From an uncultured Flavobacteriales bacterium (lineage in GTDB: Bacteria; Bacteroidota; Bacteroidia; Flavobacteriales_D; Sanyastnellaceae), in contig CAJQJX010000006.1 in assembly GCA_905478795.1 (NCBI GenBank), forward strand, positions 1,254-65,253: DNA of 64,000 nucleotides, given 5' to 3'. This document shows positions 35,263 through 44,295 of this stretch, piece by piece (the first letter of the stretch is position 1; each line of letters opens with the position of its first letter). Below the pieces are notes generated by a model, which was not told the origin of the DNA, made no database searches, and saw only the letters and a list, made by a program, of their open reading frames with translations. Both the position numbers and the translations under genes were made by a program.

Positions 35263-35643
35263 ATGGCTGAAACGCGATTTTCGGACGCAGACCTTCAGGA
35301 GTTTGCAGCCCTCATTAACAACAAGTTGGAACAGGCACGTTCTGACTACGACCAACTCCAGCGCTCACTTTCCTACGAGGACGACAACCGGACTGAGGAC
35401 ACAGCGCCAACGTTCAAAATGATGGAGGATGGCAGCGAAACCATGAGCCGCGAGGAGACGGCCCAATTGGCCGCACGTCAGCAAAAGTTCATCATGAACT
35501 TGGAGAACGCTTTGCTGCGAATCAAAAACAAGACCTACGGGGTATGCCGGGTAACGGGCAAGTTGATTGCCAAGGAACGCCTGCGTTTGGTCCCGCATGC
35601 CACGATGTCCATCGAGGCCAAAAATCAGCAGGACAGGCGTTGA
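35263..35643 (+). CDS. TraR/DksA-family protein with degenerate (Cys-poor) zinc finger
   Basis: The position between ileS and lspA is conserved. The coiled-coil N-terminus and the C-terminus YGVCRVTGKLIAKERLRLVPHATMSIEAK align to the C4 finger, but only one Cys is retained. Confidence 0.8.
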   Translation: MAETRFSDADLQEFAALINNKLEQARSDYDQLQRSLSYEDDNRTEDTAPTFKMMEDGSETMSREETAQLAARQQKFIMNLENALLRIKNKTYGVCRVTGKLIAKERLRLVPHATMSIEAKNQQDRR

Positions 35644-36344
35644 GCGCAGATAGCCGCCCGGCTTATGTCGCAGCCATCGCTGCGGTGGTATTGCTGTTGG
35701 ATCAAGCCGTCAAGGTGTTCATCAAGTTGGGTTTCAGCTTGACGGAGCGGGTGACTTGGATTCCAGGAGCATTCGACATTCAGTTTATAGAAAACGACGG
35801 CATGGCCTTTGGTTGGGCCTTGCCGGGGGCTTCGGGCAAATACCTCTTGACCGCCTTCAGAATTGTCGCAGTGGTCTTGTTGTCCATTCATGTGGCGAGG
35901 GTGGCCAAGCAGGGGGCGCCCCGAGGATTCCGGCAAGCACTGGCTTTAATTCTCGCTGGTGCGGCGGGCAACATCGTGGACAGCATCTGCTATGGCCGAA
36001 TTTTTACGAGAAGCTCTTTCGGTCAGGCTGCTGATTGGTCTTGGAGAGGCGAATGGGGAGGCTATGCACCTTGGTTTCGGGGAAATGTGGTCGACATGTT
36101 GCACATCACGGTGCGCTGGCCGGAATGGTGGCCAGTAGACACGTGGGTAGGACAAGAGGTCTTTCCACCCATCTTCAACATTGCAGACGTGGCCATAACC
36201 TGTGGGGTGGCTTGGATTGTCCTGCGCCAGAAAAGTTGGCTGGGAAGCGGTTCAAAGTGGTCGCAATCCGCGCCGAATGAAGGTCCTGAGGAAGGGACTG
36301 TTCCCGCCAGTGACCCTGCGGGTGAACCGGTGACCGAAGTCTAA
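35640..36344 (+). CDS. lspA: lipoprotein signal peptidase II
   Basis: LLLDQAVK, FIENDGMAFGW, AGAAGNIVD and NIADVAIT. The start was set at the TTG that overlaps the dksA-like stop. The upstream part of the track ORF overlaps that gene. Confidence 0.8.
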   Translation: MSADSRPAYVAAIAAVVLLLDQAVKVFIKLGFSLTERVTWIPGAFDIQFIENDGMAFGWALPGASGKYLLTAFRIVAVVLLSIHVARVAKQGAPRGFRQALALILAGAAGNIVDSICYGRIFTRSSFGQAADWSWRGEWGGYAPWFRGNVVDMLHITVRWPEWWPVDTWVGQEVFPPIFNIADVAITCGVAWIVLRQKSWLGSGSKWSQSAPNEGPEEGTVPASDPAGEPVTEV

Positions 36345-38305
36345 ACTTTCGCGGCGGGTGCTTCCACCCAGTCGCCGTGTGTCCGAATCAGGTTGATGAG
36401 CGCGTCGACAGCCTCGTCCTCCGGAATATTCCGCTCCACGACTTCTTTCTCTTTGTAGAGGGTGATTTTTCCCGGCCCTGTCCCTACGTAGCCATAATCG
36501 GCATCGGCCATTTCTCCAGGCCCGTTGACGATGCAGCCCATGATGCCAATTTTGATGCCCTTCAGGTGATCCGTTACGGCCCGAATGCGGGCAGTGGTCT
36601 CTTGCAGATCAAACAGGGTGCGGCCGCATGAAGGGCAGCTGATGTACTCGGTCCGGCTGATGCGCGTGCGCGTGGCTTGAAGGATGCCAAAAGCAGTGCG
36701 GTTCAGAAAGCGCAATCCACCTTCTACTCCCACCGCTGCGCCAAAACCAACGCCGTCTCCAAATCCATCCAACAGTAGGCCGCCCATTTCTGTTGAGGCT
36801 TGCAGTTGAATCCGCTCCGCATCAGTGGCACCATAGTCTTGGTGCACAATGACGGGCATGTCGCAACCGGCGTGCTGCAAGAGGTGAAAGGCAGAGCGAA
36901 GCACGGATAGGGCGTCTGCGCGGGCAGCGGAGAGCATCAGTACCGTGGGGTCGTTGTTCCAAGTGGCCAAGGTGGCTGCTTGCTCAGCATTCAATGTGAC
37001 CGCGTCGCAGGACAAGACATTGAATGTGCCGTCCAGTGCGTTGGCCGCTCTCGCCGCCAAGTAGGCTTCCCAATCCCATGCGGGATGGTGGCGTTCGGGG
37101 CGCTGAGACGCCGATTGCCAAGTGGGGGCGTCTTGAATGGCGCGGATCCATCCAGGCAGCGCAAAATCGCAGGTTCGATCGCCAATGAGGATCAAGTCGC
37201 AGGCCGCATCTTCTGCCTCCCATTTGTCCAGGTTGGTTTGATAGCGGTGGCCCAGGCCGTAAAGCCCTGCAGGGGTCAAAGGCCTGCCGGTCAAGTCGTG
37301 GCACACCACCGGAACTTGACCGCCACCCACAGGCCCCACCGTGCGGGTGGCCCTGCGTTGGTAGGTGTAACGCTCCTCGCCCGTTGCACCGCCAGACACC
37401 GCGGACAGCGGAGGCATTTGGCGGGCTTCTTCCGCCAGTTCCGCCAGCATGCGAGCAACAGGAATCTCGGCTTCTGGTGCCTCGGTCAGTGACACACGAA
37501 TGGTGTCCCCTAAGCCTTCAGCCAGCAGCGTGCCGATGCCCACTGCGCTCTTGATGCGCCCGTCTTCCCCTTCCCCAGCTTCGGTCACCCCGAGGTGCAG
37601 GGGGTAGGCCATGCCTTCATCGGCCATTCGGTCGGCGAGCATACGGTAGGCCTGCACCATGACTTGCGGGTTGCTGGCTTTCATAGAGAGGACGATATCG
37701 TGGTAGTCCTCGTCCCTGCAGATGTGCAAGAATTCCATGGCACTCTCAACCATTCCGAGCGGAGTGTCACCGTAGTGGCTCAGGATCCGGTCGGAAAGCG
37801 ATCCGTGGTTGGTGCCAATGCGCATGGCCCTGCCCAAGGCTTTGCACTTGCGCACAAGGGGTGTGAAGCGCTCCCGAATGCGCTCCAATTCGGCCGAGTA
37901 GGTTTCCGGTGTGTACTCGTGCGTCTCGAATTTTTTCTTGTCGGCATAATTGCCGGGATTCACGCGGATTTTCTCGACGTGGTCCGCGGCGACTTCTGCG
38001 GCATTGGGGGTAAAGTGAATGTCGGCCACCAGTGGGACGCCGGCGTGCCCGGCCGCATCAAGGCGTGCCCGAATTTCTCCAAGGGCCAGGGCCTCCTTTT
38101 TGCTGGGAGCGGTGATGCGCACTATCTGGCAGCCCGCTTCGATCATGCGCAAAGACTCGGCCACAGTGGCTTCGATGTCCATGGTATCGGCCGTCGTCAT
38201 GGATTGCAGCACGACCGGCGCATCGCCTCCAACTTGAACAGCACCAATGTGGACGGGCCGGGTCGCTTTGCGCGCGGAGGACGGGAATTCGGTCGGTGGT
38301 GTCAT
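36341..38305 (-). CDS. ispG: 4-hydroxy-3-methylbut-2-enyl diphosphate synthase, long form with inserted domain
   Basis: VQSMTT.DT, RITAPS, VPLVADIHF, and C-terminal YISCPSCGRT..IMGCIVNGPGEMADADYGYVG. A roughly 270-aa insertion lies between the TIM barrel and the 4Fe-4S domain. Confidence 0.93.
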   Translation of the reverse strand: MTPPTEFPSSARKATRPVHIGAVQVGGDAPVVLQSMTTADTMDIEATVAESLRMIEAGCQIVRITAPSKKEALALGEIRARLDAAGHAGVPLVADIHFTPNAAEVAADHVEKIRVNPGNYADKKKFETHEYTPETYSAELERIRERFTPLVRKCKALGRAMRIGTNHGSLSDRILSHYGDTPLGMVESAMEFLHICRDEDYHDIVLSMKASNPQVMVQAYRMLADRMADEGMAYPLHLGVTEAGEGEDGRIKSAVGIGTLLAEGLGDTIRVSLTEAPEAEIPVARMLAELAEEARQMPPLSAVSGGATGEERYTYQRRATRTVGPVGGGQVPVVCHDLTGRPLTPAGLYGLGHRYQTNLDKWEAEDAACDLILIGDRTCDFALPGWIRAIQDAPTWQSASQRPERHHPAWDWEAYLAARAANALDGTFNVLSCDAVTLNAEQAATLATWNNDPTVLMLSAARADALSVLRSAFHLLQHAGCDMPVIVHQDYGATDAERIQLQASTEMGGLLLDGFGDGVGFGAAVGVEGGLRFLNRTAFGILQATRTRISRTEYISCPSCGRTLFDLQETTARIRAVTDHLKGIKIGIMGCIVNGPGEMADADYGYVGTGPGKITLYKEKEVVERNIPEDEAVDALINLIRTHGDWVEAPAAKV

Positions 38306-38500
38306 GCTGTCCTGTTCATCGGGTACAAGGTGGGATTTTTGGGCCGCAAGCTTGGGCTCAGGCTTCCCGTCGGAAAGTTAACACGGCTCTGCCGTGGCGG
38401 TTCAGGACAGTTGGCAGTTTTTGTGTTGGACAGGGGTGTGAACCTCTGGGCCTTCCATCGGTTCCCTCTTAGCTTGGGGGGCGCAACCCCAAGGTGCCCA

Positions 38501-39622
38501 ATGCTCGGATTTCAATTTCACGCCACCCGCCCGGACCAAGACCGCCGCACCCCTTTTGAGCGGCTCCTTGAGTTGTTCACTGAAGTGGTGACCCACACCA
38601 GCGGTGACGTAGAGGAGGCCATGGAATGGATGCGTGCCTTGGACGACCAACACGGGTTGACCGAGCCTGATTACACCCTAGACGATTTCTTTGAAGACCT
38701 CAAGGCCAAGGGATATCTGCGCGAATCGACAGGTTCGGAAGGCGGCAACATCCAGTTGGGATCGCGCGGGGAACAGCACATGCGCAGGCGGGCCTTGGAC
38801 CAAATTTTTGGCAACCTGCGAAAGGGCAATCAAGGCAAACACCGCACCCGCGAGCGCGGCCAAGGCGATGAGCCTTCCGAAGACCGACGTCCATACCGGT
38901 TTGGCGACAAGCTCGACCAGGTGGATTTTGGAGCCTCATTGCGCAACGCACAGATTCACCACGGACCCGGCGCTGCCAGTGGCCGTGGAGGGTTTATGCT
39001 GACCGAAGACGACCTGGTGGTGGAAGACCGCGAGCACCGCAGCACAACCGCTACGGTGCTGATGATCGACATCAGCCACAGCATGATTCTTTATGGTGAG
39101 GACCGCATCACGCCGGCAAAAAAGGTCGCGATGGCCTTGGCGGAATTGGTGATGGTCAAATACCCCAAGGACACCCTGGACATTGTTGTTTTTGGTGACG
39201 ACGCGTGGGAAGTGAGCATCGGCGACTTGCCCTACTTGCAGGTGGGCCCCTTTCACACCAACACTGTGGCGGGACTCGAACGGTCCATGGATATTCTCCG
39301 TCGGCGCAAGACCCCCAACCGCCAGATCTTCATGATCACCGACGGCAAGCCCAGCTGCCTCAAGGAGCCCGACGGCTATTACAAAAACAGCTTTGGGCTC
39401 GACCCTTACATCACGGGGAAATGCCACAACCTTGCGCGGCAGTGCCGAAAGCTTGGCATCCCCATCACGACTTTCATGATCGCCACCGACCCCGCGCTTC
39501 AGCGCTTTGTTTCCGACTTCACGGAAGCCAACGGAGGACGGGCCTTTTTTACAGGATTGAAGGGCCTAGGCGACACCATTTTCTCTGATTTTGAACGGAA
39601 CCGACGCGGTAAAACCCGTTGA
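38501..39622 (+). CDS. VWA domain protein (BchD/CoxE-like), partner of the downstream AAA+ protein
   Basis: An intact MIDAS site: VLMIDISHSM (DxSxS) plus IFMITDGKPS. The N-terminal about 300 aa of track ORF 37595 are antisense to ispG and were trimmed to ATG 38501. Confidence 0.85.
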   Translation: MLGFQFHATRPDQDRRTPFERLLELFTEVVTHTSGDVEEAMEWMRALDDQHGLTEPDYTLDDFFEDLKAKGYLRESTGSEGGNIQLGSRGEQHMRRRALDQIFGNLRKGNQGKHRTRERGQGDEPSEDRRPYRFGDKLDQVDFGASLRNAQIHHGPGAASGRGGFMLTEDDLVVEDREHRSTTATVLMIDISHSMILYGEDRITPAKKVAMALAELVMVKYPKDTLDIVVFGDDAWEVSIGDLPYLQVGPFHTNTVAGLERSMDILRRRKTPNRQIFMITDGKPSCLKEPDGYYKNSFGLDPYITGKCHNLARQCRKLGIPITTFMIATDPALQRFVSDFTEANGGRAFFTGLKGLGDTIFSDFERNRRGKTR

Positions 39623-39638
39623 ATACGACGCCCCATAC

Positions 39639-41114
39639 ATGAGCAACCCACAACCAACAGTAGCCACCTTGGGCGCCCTCCGCGCCTCGGACTATACCCC
39701 CCGATCTATTGGCGAGGAGCTGCGTGCCAACCTTATAGACCGGCTCTCTTCAGGCGAACCCATGTTCGAAGGCATCATCGGTTATGACGACACAGTTATT
39801 CCAGAGGTGCAGCGCGCCATTCTGGCGGGTCACAGCATGAACCTGCTCGGTCTGCGGGGCCAAGCCAAGACGCGAATTGCGCGGGGCCTCACTGACCTAT
39901 TGGACGAATGGGTGCCCGTATTGGAGGGATCCCCACTTCCAGAAGACCCCTTGGAACCCATCACCCCTCAAGGCCACGCCATTGTCGAAAGCCTGGGCGA
40001 TAAAGCTCCAGTCCGCTGGATGCACAGAAGCGAACGCTATGTAGAGAAGTTGGCCACGCCCGATGTGAGCGTGGCAGATTTAATCGGAGACATCGATCCC
40101 ATTAAAGCAGCCAATGAAGGGCTGGATTACAGCGATCCTCGCGCCTTGCACTTTGGACTCATCCCGCGCAGTCACCGTTGCATTTTTGCCATCAACGAGT
40201 TGCCCGACTTGCAGCCGCGCATTCAGGTGGCCCTCTTCAACATCCTTCAAGAGGGAGACATCCAAATCCGGGGTTTCCAAATGCGGCTCGCCCTTGACAT
40301 TCAGTTTGTCTTCACGGCCAATCCGGAAGATTACACCAACCGAGGGGCGATCATCACCCCACTCAAGGACCGGATTCAAAGTCAAATTCTGACCCACTAC
40401 CCGGATTCTTTGGAGGATTCAATGGCCATCACGGATCAAGAAGCGCGGCTGTCCGACGGCCAGCGCGAAAGGGTGGTCGTGCCGGGTCAGGTGCGGCGCA
40501 TTTTGGAGCGCGTGGCGTTCGAGGCCCGCGAAAGCGAGCACATTGACGAGCGGAGTGGAGTCTCGGCGAGGTTGACCATTAGTGCATTGGAGCACCTCGT
40601 CGCGGCGGGGGAATTGCGCACCCTGCGCAACGGAACGGGCCGAACTGCGGCGCGTTTGACCGACTTGTTGGCCGTCATTCCTGCGGTCAACGGCAAGGTC
40701 GAGCTCGTTTACGAAGGGGAGCAAGAAGGCGCTGCAGGGGTGGCATTGGCATTGGTGCGCCAGGCCATTCGGCGCGAGTTCCCGGCGGTATTTCCCGATC
40801 CTGAGTCCATCAAAAAGGGCAAGGTCGATGACGCCTACCAACCCATTGTGGCGTGGTTCAATCGCAACGAAATCGCCTTGCTCAAGGACCAAACAGACGG
40901 GGATTATGAAGCGGCGCTTTCGGGCGTAGATGGTCTCGGAGAGGTGGTCGACAAGTACTGTCCAAACCTGCCTGCAGAAGACCGTCCAGCCGCCATGGAA
41001 TTTGTGTTGCACGGATTGGCCGCTTTCAACGAGATTGGACAGTCCATTGTCGGCAGTGAAGTCACCTTCGGGGACCTGATCGGCAACCTGTTCGACCCGA
41101 CAGAAGAAGATTGA
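39639..41114 (+). CDS. BchI/ChlI-like AAA+ protein with non-canonical Walker A and B motifs
   Basis: FEGIIGYDDTV..LLGLRGQAKTRIARGL is the Walker A position. RCIFAINELPDL is the Walker B position, with NE instead of DE. FTANPEDYTNRGAIITPLKDRI is the BchI-type sensor/arginine region. Confidence 0.85.
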   Translation: MSNPQPTVATLGALRASDYTPRSIGEELRANLIDRLSSGEPMFEGIIGYDDTVIPEVQRAILAGHSMNLLGLRGQAKTRIARGLTDLLDEWVPVLEGSPLPEDPLEPITPQGHAIVESLGDKAPVRWMHRSERYVEKLATPDVSVADLIGDIDPIKAANEGLDYSDPRALHFGLIPRSHRCIFAINELPDLQPRIQVALFNILQEGDIQIRGFQMRLALDIQFVFTANPEDYTNRGAIITPLKDRIQSQILTHYPDSLEDSMAITDQEARLSDGQRERVVVPGQVRRILERVAFEARESEHIDERSGVSARLTISALEHLVAAGELRTLRNGTGRTAARLTDLLAVIPAVNGKVELVYEGEQEGAAGVALALVRQAIRREFPAVFPDPESIKKGKVDDAYQPIVAWFNRNEIALLKDQTDGDYEAALSGVDGLGEVVDKYCPNLPAEDRPAAMEFVLHGLAAFNEIGQSIVGSEVTFGDLIGNLFDPTEED

Positions 41115-41851
41115 GCCAAAACACGCCGCCTCAGCATCCCGCCATCGCACTGACGACAGTGCGGCACAAGGATGGCGTGTCCATTTTGCGCGTGTTCTCA
41201 CGAGAGCATGGCATAGTGGGCTGCCTGGTGCGCGAAGGGGTCAAAGGCTCCAGGCGGTCCCGCAACCTTTATGCCCCGCTTTCTTTGCTAGACCTGGTGG
41301 GCTTAAAGCTGATCAAGGAAGACCTTTTCAAGTTTGACCGGGCGGAGCGGATGCTGGCGCAGGACCTCACTACCGGTGAAGTCCCGAGGGGAGCATTGGC
41401 TATGTTTTTGGCCGAGTTCATTTTGAGGACTTTGGATGGCGGTACACCGCACGCCGATCTTTTCGATGCGCTGTGGAGGGCATCCCACCGCATTGAACAG
41501 GCGACAACCATTGGGAGGTTGCACTTGGCTTTTCTCGTGGAATCGGTCGCAGCGACGGGTTTGATGCCCGATGCTCCGCAGGCCGCGCCCCCGGGTTTCG
41601 GACGGTTCAACCTCGCCACCGCCGAATGGGAGTCTGGGCCTCCGTTGGGTGAAGACTACCTTTCGGTGGCTGAAGCGGAACACTTCCTGAGAATTCAAGG
41701 CATGAATTTTGATGAGGTACAGGCCGAAACGCTGTCCCACGATGCCCGAAACTTGCTTGTACTTCAGCATGTCCGCTATCTCCAGCTCCACCTTTCTACG
41801 CCGCGTCCGATTCGTTCGTGGGAAGTGCTCAGCGCGGTCTTGGCACCTTAA
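41111..41851 (+). CDS. recO: DNA repair protein RecO
   Basis: The OB-fold N-terminus AIALTTVRHKDGVSILRVFSREHGIVGCLV..LYAPLSLLDLV is followed by a helical domain. The TTG start overlaps the stop of the AAA+ gene (TTGA). Confidence 0.72.
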   Translation: MSQNTPPQHPAIALTTVRHKDGVSILRVFSREHGIVGCLVREGVKGSRRSRNLYAPLSLLDLVGLKLIKEDLFKFDRAERMLAQDLTTGEVPRGALAMFLAEFILRTLDGGTPHADLFDALWRASHRIEQATTIGRLHLAFLVESVAATGLMPDAPQAAPPGFGRFNLATAEWESGPPLGEDYLSVAEAEHFLRIQGMNFDEVQAETLSHDARNLLVLQHVRYLQLHLSTPRPIRSWEVLSAVLAP

Positions 41852-41882
41852 AAGCACGGTATCGGCTGGCGCAGTATTGAGC

Positions 41883-44276
41883 ATGGCCCTGTTTTTTGGG
41901 GCGTTGCAACCGCTATTGAGTCAGGTCATCGAGGTCAGAGATGAGATGGGTGAACCGATCCCCGCGGCGGTGATCCGCAACAACAATGGAGAGGTGCGCA
42001 TGACGGACATGGATGGCCGTTTACAGTTGGACAGCCTGATTCGTCAAGGAGACACGTTGCAGGTGAGGAGCATGGGGTTTAGCGCGCGATCGGTCGCCAT
42101 GCCCAAGGCTCAATTGGATCTGGAAATCAACCTGGTGCCCGACCTCGTGAACCTTTCAGAGGTGGTGGTCGCTGGCACACGTCCCTTCAGGGAACTGGCC
42201 TCGGCGGCAACGCTCAGCCGCATTTCGGCATCCGAAGTCGCACGCGAGGTTCCAACGAACGCCGCCACCATGCTCTGGCAATCGGGGCAGGTCCACGTCC
42301 AACAGAGCCAACAAGGCGGGGGCTCTCCTGTGTTGAGAGGATTCGAAGCCAACCGCATTTTGCTTGTGGTCGACGGGGTAAGGATGAACAATGCCATTTA
42401 CCGAAGCGGGCATTTGCAGAACGCCATGACGGTTGATCCATTTGTGCTCGCTTCCATGGAGGTGCACCACGGTGCGGGCTCCGTGCAGTTCGGCAGCGAT
42501 GCCTTGGGAGGGGTGATTCACTACCGAAGCCGCTCCCCACGTTGGGAATTTGGATCGAGGGCACGTGGACAATTCTCTTATTCTGGAGCCTCAAGAAGCC
42601 CCACTTTTCATGCGGATGCGGAAGTCACCCGAGGGCGTTTAGCTGTGTTGACCAGCGTGACCACCAGACATTTTGGCGACTTGCGCATGGGGGCTTGGCG
42701 GCCGCATGGTTCAGAAGATTGGGGCCGGGTTCCTTGGGAGGTGGCCACAGAGGTCAATGGCCTCGAAGTCACGGACCGCGCGGAAGCCAATGCTGACCCA
42801 GATGTCCAGCCGGGAACTGGTTTCGATCAGATCGACCTGCTTCAAAAGGTGCGCTATGGAGACCGTGAACGGCATGTAGAGCTCAACGTTCAGCACAGCA
42901 CTGGATCCAACGTCCCTCGGTTCGATCGACTGAATGACGCGGCAAGCGACGGGAGCCCCAAATGGGCCCAGTGGGATTACGGCCCCCAAAAAAGAACCTT
43001 GGTTTCTGCGCGGTTCGCGGGGAGGGTAAGGTCTGTGGGCAATGTCGCCTTGACGGCTGCATGGCAGCACATTGAGGAGTCTCGCCTCAAAGCCCTTTTT
43101 GGTTCCCAAGAGCGGGAAGTCCAACACGAACGCGTGGGCGTGCGCAGCATTTCGCTCGATGTAGACAGGATGGGCAGGCGACAGTGGCGGAAAGCCATTG
43201 GCGCATACTGGAGCATGGATGAGGTCCAATCCGAAGCTTGGATGGAGCGCAGGTCCGACGGACTGAGGTTGACCACCCCCACGCTGACGCGTTACCCCAA
43301 CGGGGGCTCGGAGATGGGGTCGCTCGCCCTTTACACAGGGGTTGAACGACGCTGGTACCGCTGGAGGGTCGAAGCGGCAGCGCGTTACAGCCAAGGCTGG
43401 CTTGAATCGCGATTTGATGCACAGCCGGGACTTGAATTGCCATTTGATCAAGTCTCCTACAACCGGGGGGCCCTGACTGGAAGCGGCACCCTGCGTTGGT
43501 CACCCCGTGATCACGTCGGACTGCATGCCGTCCTGTCCACCGCCTTCCGCAATCCGAACGTAGACGATGTGGGCAAGGTGCGCGCCAAGGATGGTTTTGC
43601 CGTGATTCCCTCCGACCAACTCAAGCCTGAGCGGCTGTCGGGATTGGAGATGGGGGGTTTTTGGAGGAGCAGAAATGGCCAGGTCAAGGCCCATGTATCT
43701 GGATTTTACACGGAATTGCGGGATGCAATAGTTCCGGTTGACACGGTGTTTTTTAGTGCCGATGGCGCTGCCATCGAAACCATTGTGGTGGAAGGAGACA
43801 CCAACCTGATTCAGGTCAACACCAACATTGGCCGTGCGGCCATCAGTGGCTCACAGTGGCGTGTGTTGTACGCGCCGGAATCCGGCTGGCGCTTCAAGGC
43901 CACCGCCAATTTTACGCGAGGCCTGGACATGAAGGACCGGGGGCCTTTGGCGCACATTCCGCCGGCATTCGGAAGGCTGTCTGGCAGGCGCTCTTGGGAC
44001 TGGCTTTCGGCGGAAGTGCATTGGCTGTGGAGTGGAAAAAAGTCGTTGGACCGGTATGGTCCAGGCTCAACCGACAACCTGGCGGAGGCCCTTCCAGATG
44101 GCAATCCCGCTTGGTGGACCTTGGGCATCGATTTAGAAGCGCGGCTGACGGACCGCGTGTCGGTATCAGCCGGCGTCCACAATGCTCTGGACCGTCATTA
44201 CAAAGTGTTTGCCTCTGGAATCAGCGCTCCAGGGCGGGACTTCCGGTGCAGCATTCGTTGGTCACCGTCGGAGTGA
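41883..44276 (+). CDS. TonB-dependent receptor with N-terminal carboxypeptidase-regulatory-like domain
   Basis: The plug motifs are LSEVVVAG, GGGSPVLRGFEANRILLVVDGVRMNN and FGSDALGGVI, followed by a long beta-barrel region. The start could be 41877 or 41883. Confidence 0.85.
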   Translation: MALFFGALQPLLSQVIEVRDEMGEPIPAAVIRNNNGEVRMTDMDGRLQLDSLIRQGDTLQVRSMGFSARSVAMPKAQLDLEINLVPDLVNLSEVVVAGTRPFRELASAATLSRISASEVAREVPTNAATMLWQSGQVHVQQSQQGGGSPVLRGFEANRILLVVDGVRMNNAIYRSGHLQNAMTVDPFVLASMEVHHGAGSVQFGSDALGGVIHYRSRSPRWEFGSRARGQFSYSGASRSPTFHADAEVTRGRLAVLTSVTTRHFGDLRMGAWRPHGSEDWGRVPWEVATEVNGLEVTDRAEANADPDVQPGTGFDQIDLLQKVRYGDRERHVELNVQHSTGSNVPRFDRLNDAASDGSPKWAQWDYGPQKRTLVSARFAGRVRSVGNVALTAAWQHIEESRLKALFGSQEREVQHERVGVRSISLDVDRMGRRQWRKAIGAYWSMDEVQSEAWMERRSDGLRLTTPTLTRYPNGGSEMGSLALYTGVERRWYRWRVEAAARYSQGWLESRFDAQPGLELPFDQVSYNRGALTGSGTLRWSPRDHVGLHAVLSTAFRNPNVDDVGKVRAKDGFAVIPSDQLKPERLSGLEMGGFWRSRNGQVKAHVSGFYTELRDAIVPVDTVFFSADGAAIETIVVEGDTNLIQVNTNIGRAAISGSQWRVLYAPESGWRFKATANFTRGLDMKDRGPLAHIPPAFGRLSGRRSWDWLSAEVHWLWSGKKSLDRYGPGSTDNLAEALPDGNPAWWTLGIDLEARLTDRVSVSAGVHNALDRHYKVFASGISAPGRDFRCSIRWSPSE

Positions 44277-44283
44277 ACCCCTT

Positions 44284-44291
44284 TATCTTCG
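44284..44291 (+). promoter_or_regulatory. -7-like box TATCTTCG, 4 nt upstream of the holB ATG
   Basis: TATCTTCG-GGTC-ATG(44296). Confidence 0.35.
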
Positions 44292-44295
44292 GGTC

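Noticed and set aside
37595-38500. N-terminal 302 codons of the 675-aa track ORF
   Set aside because: This part is antisense to ispG and has no VWA-protein similarity. The recognisable protein starts at ATG 38501 in the ispG/VWA divergent spacer.
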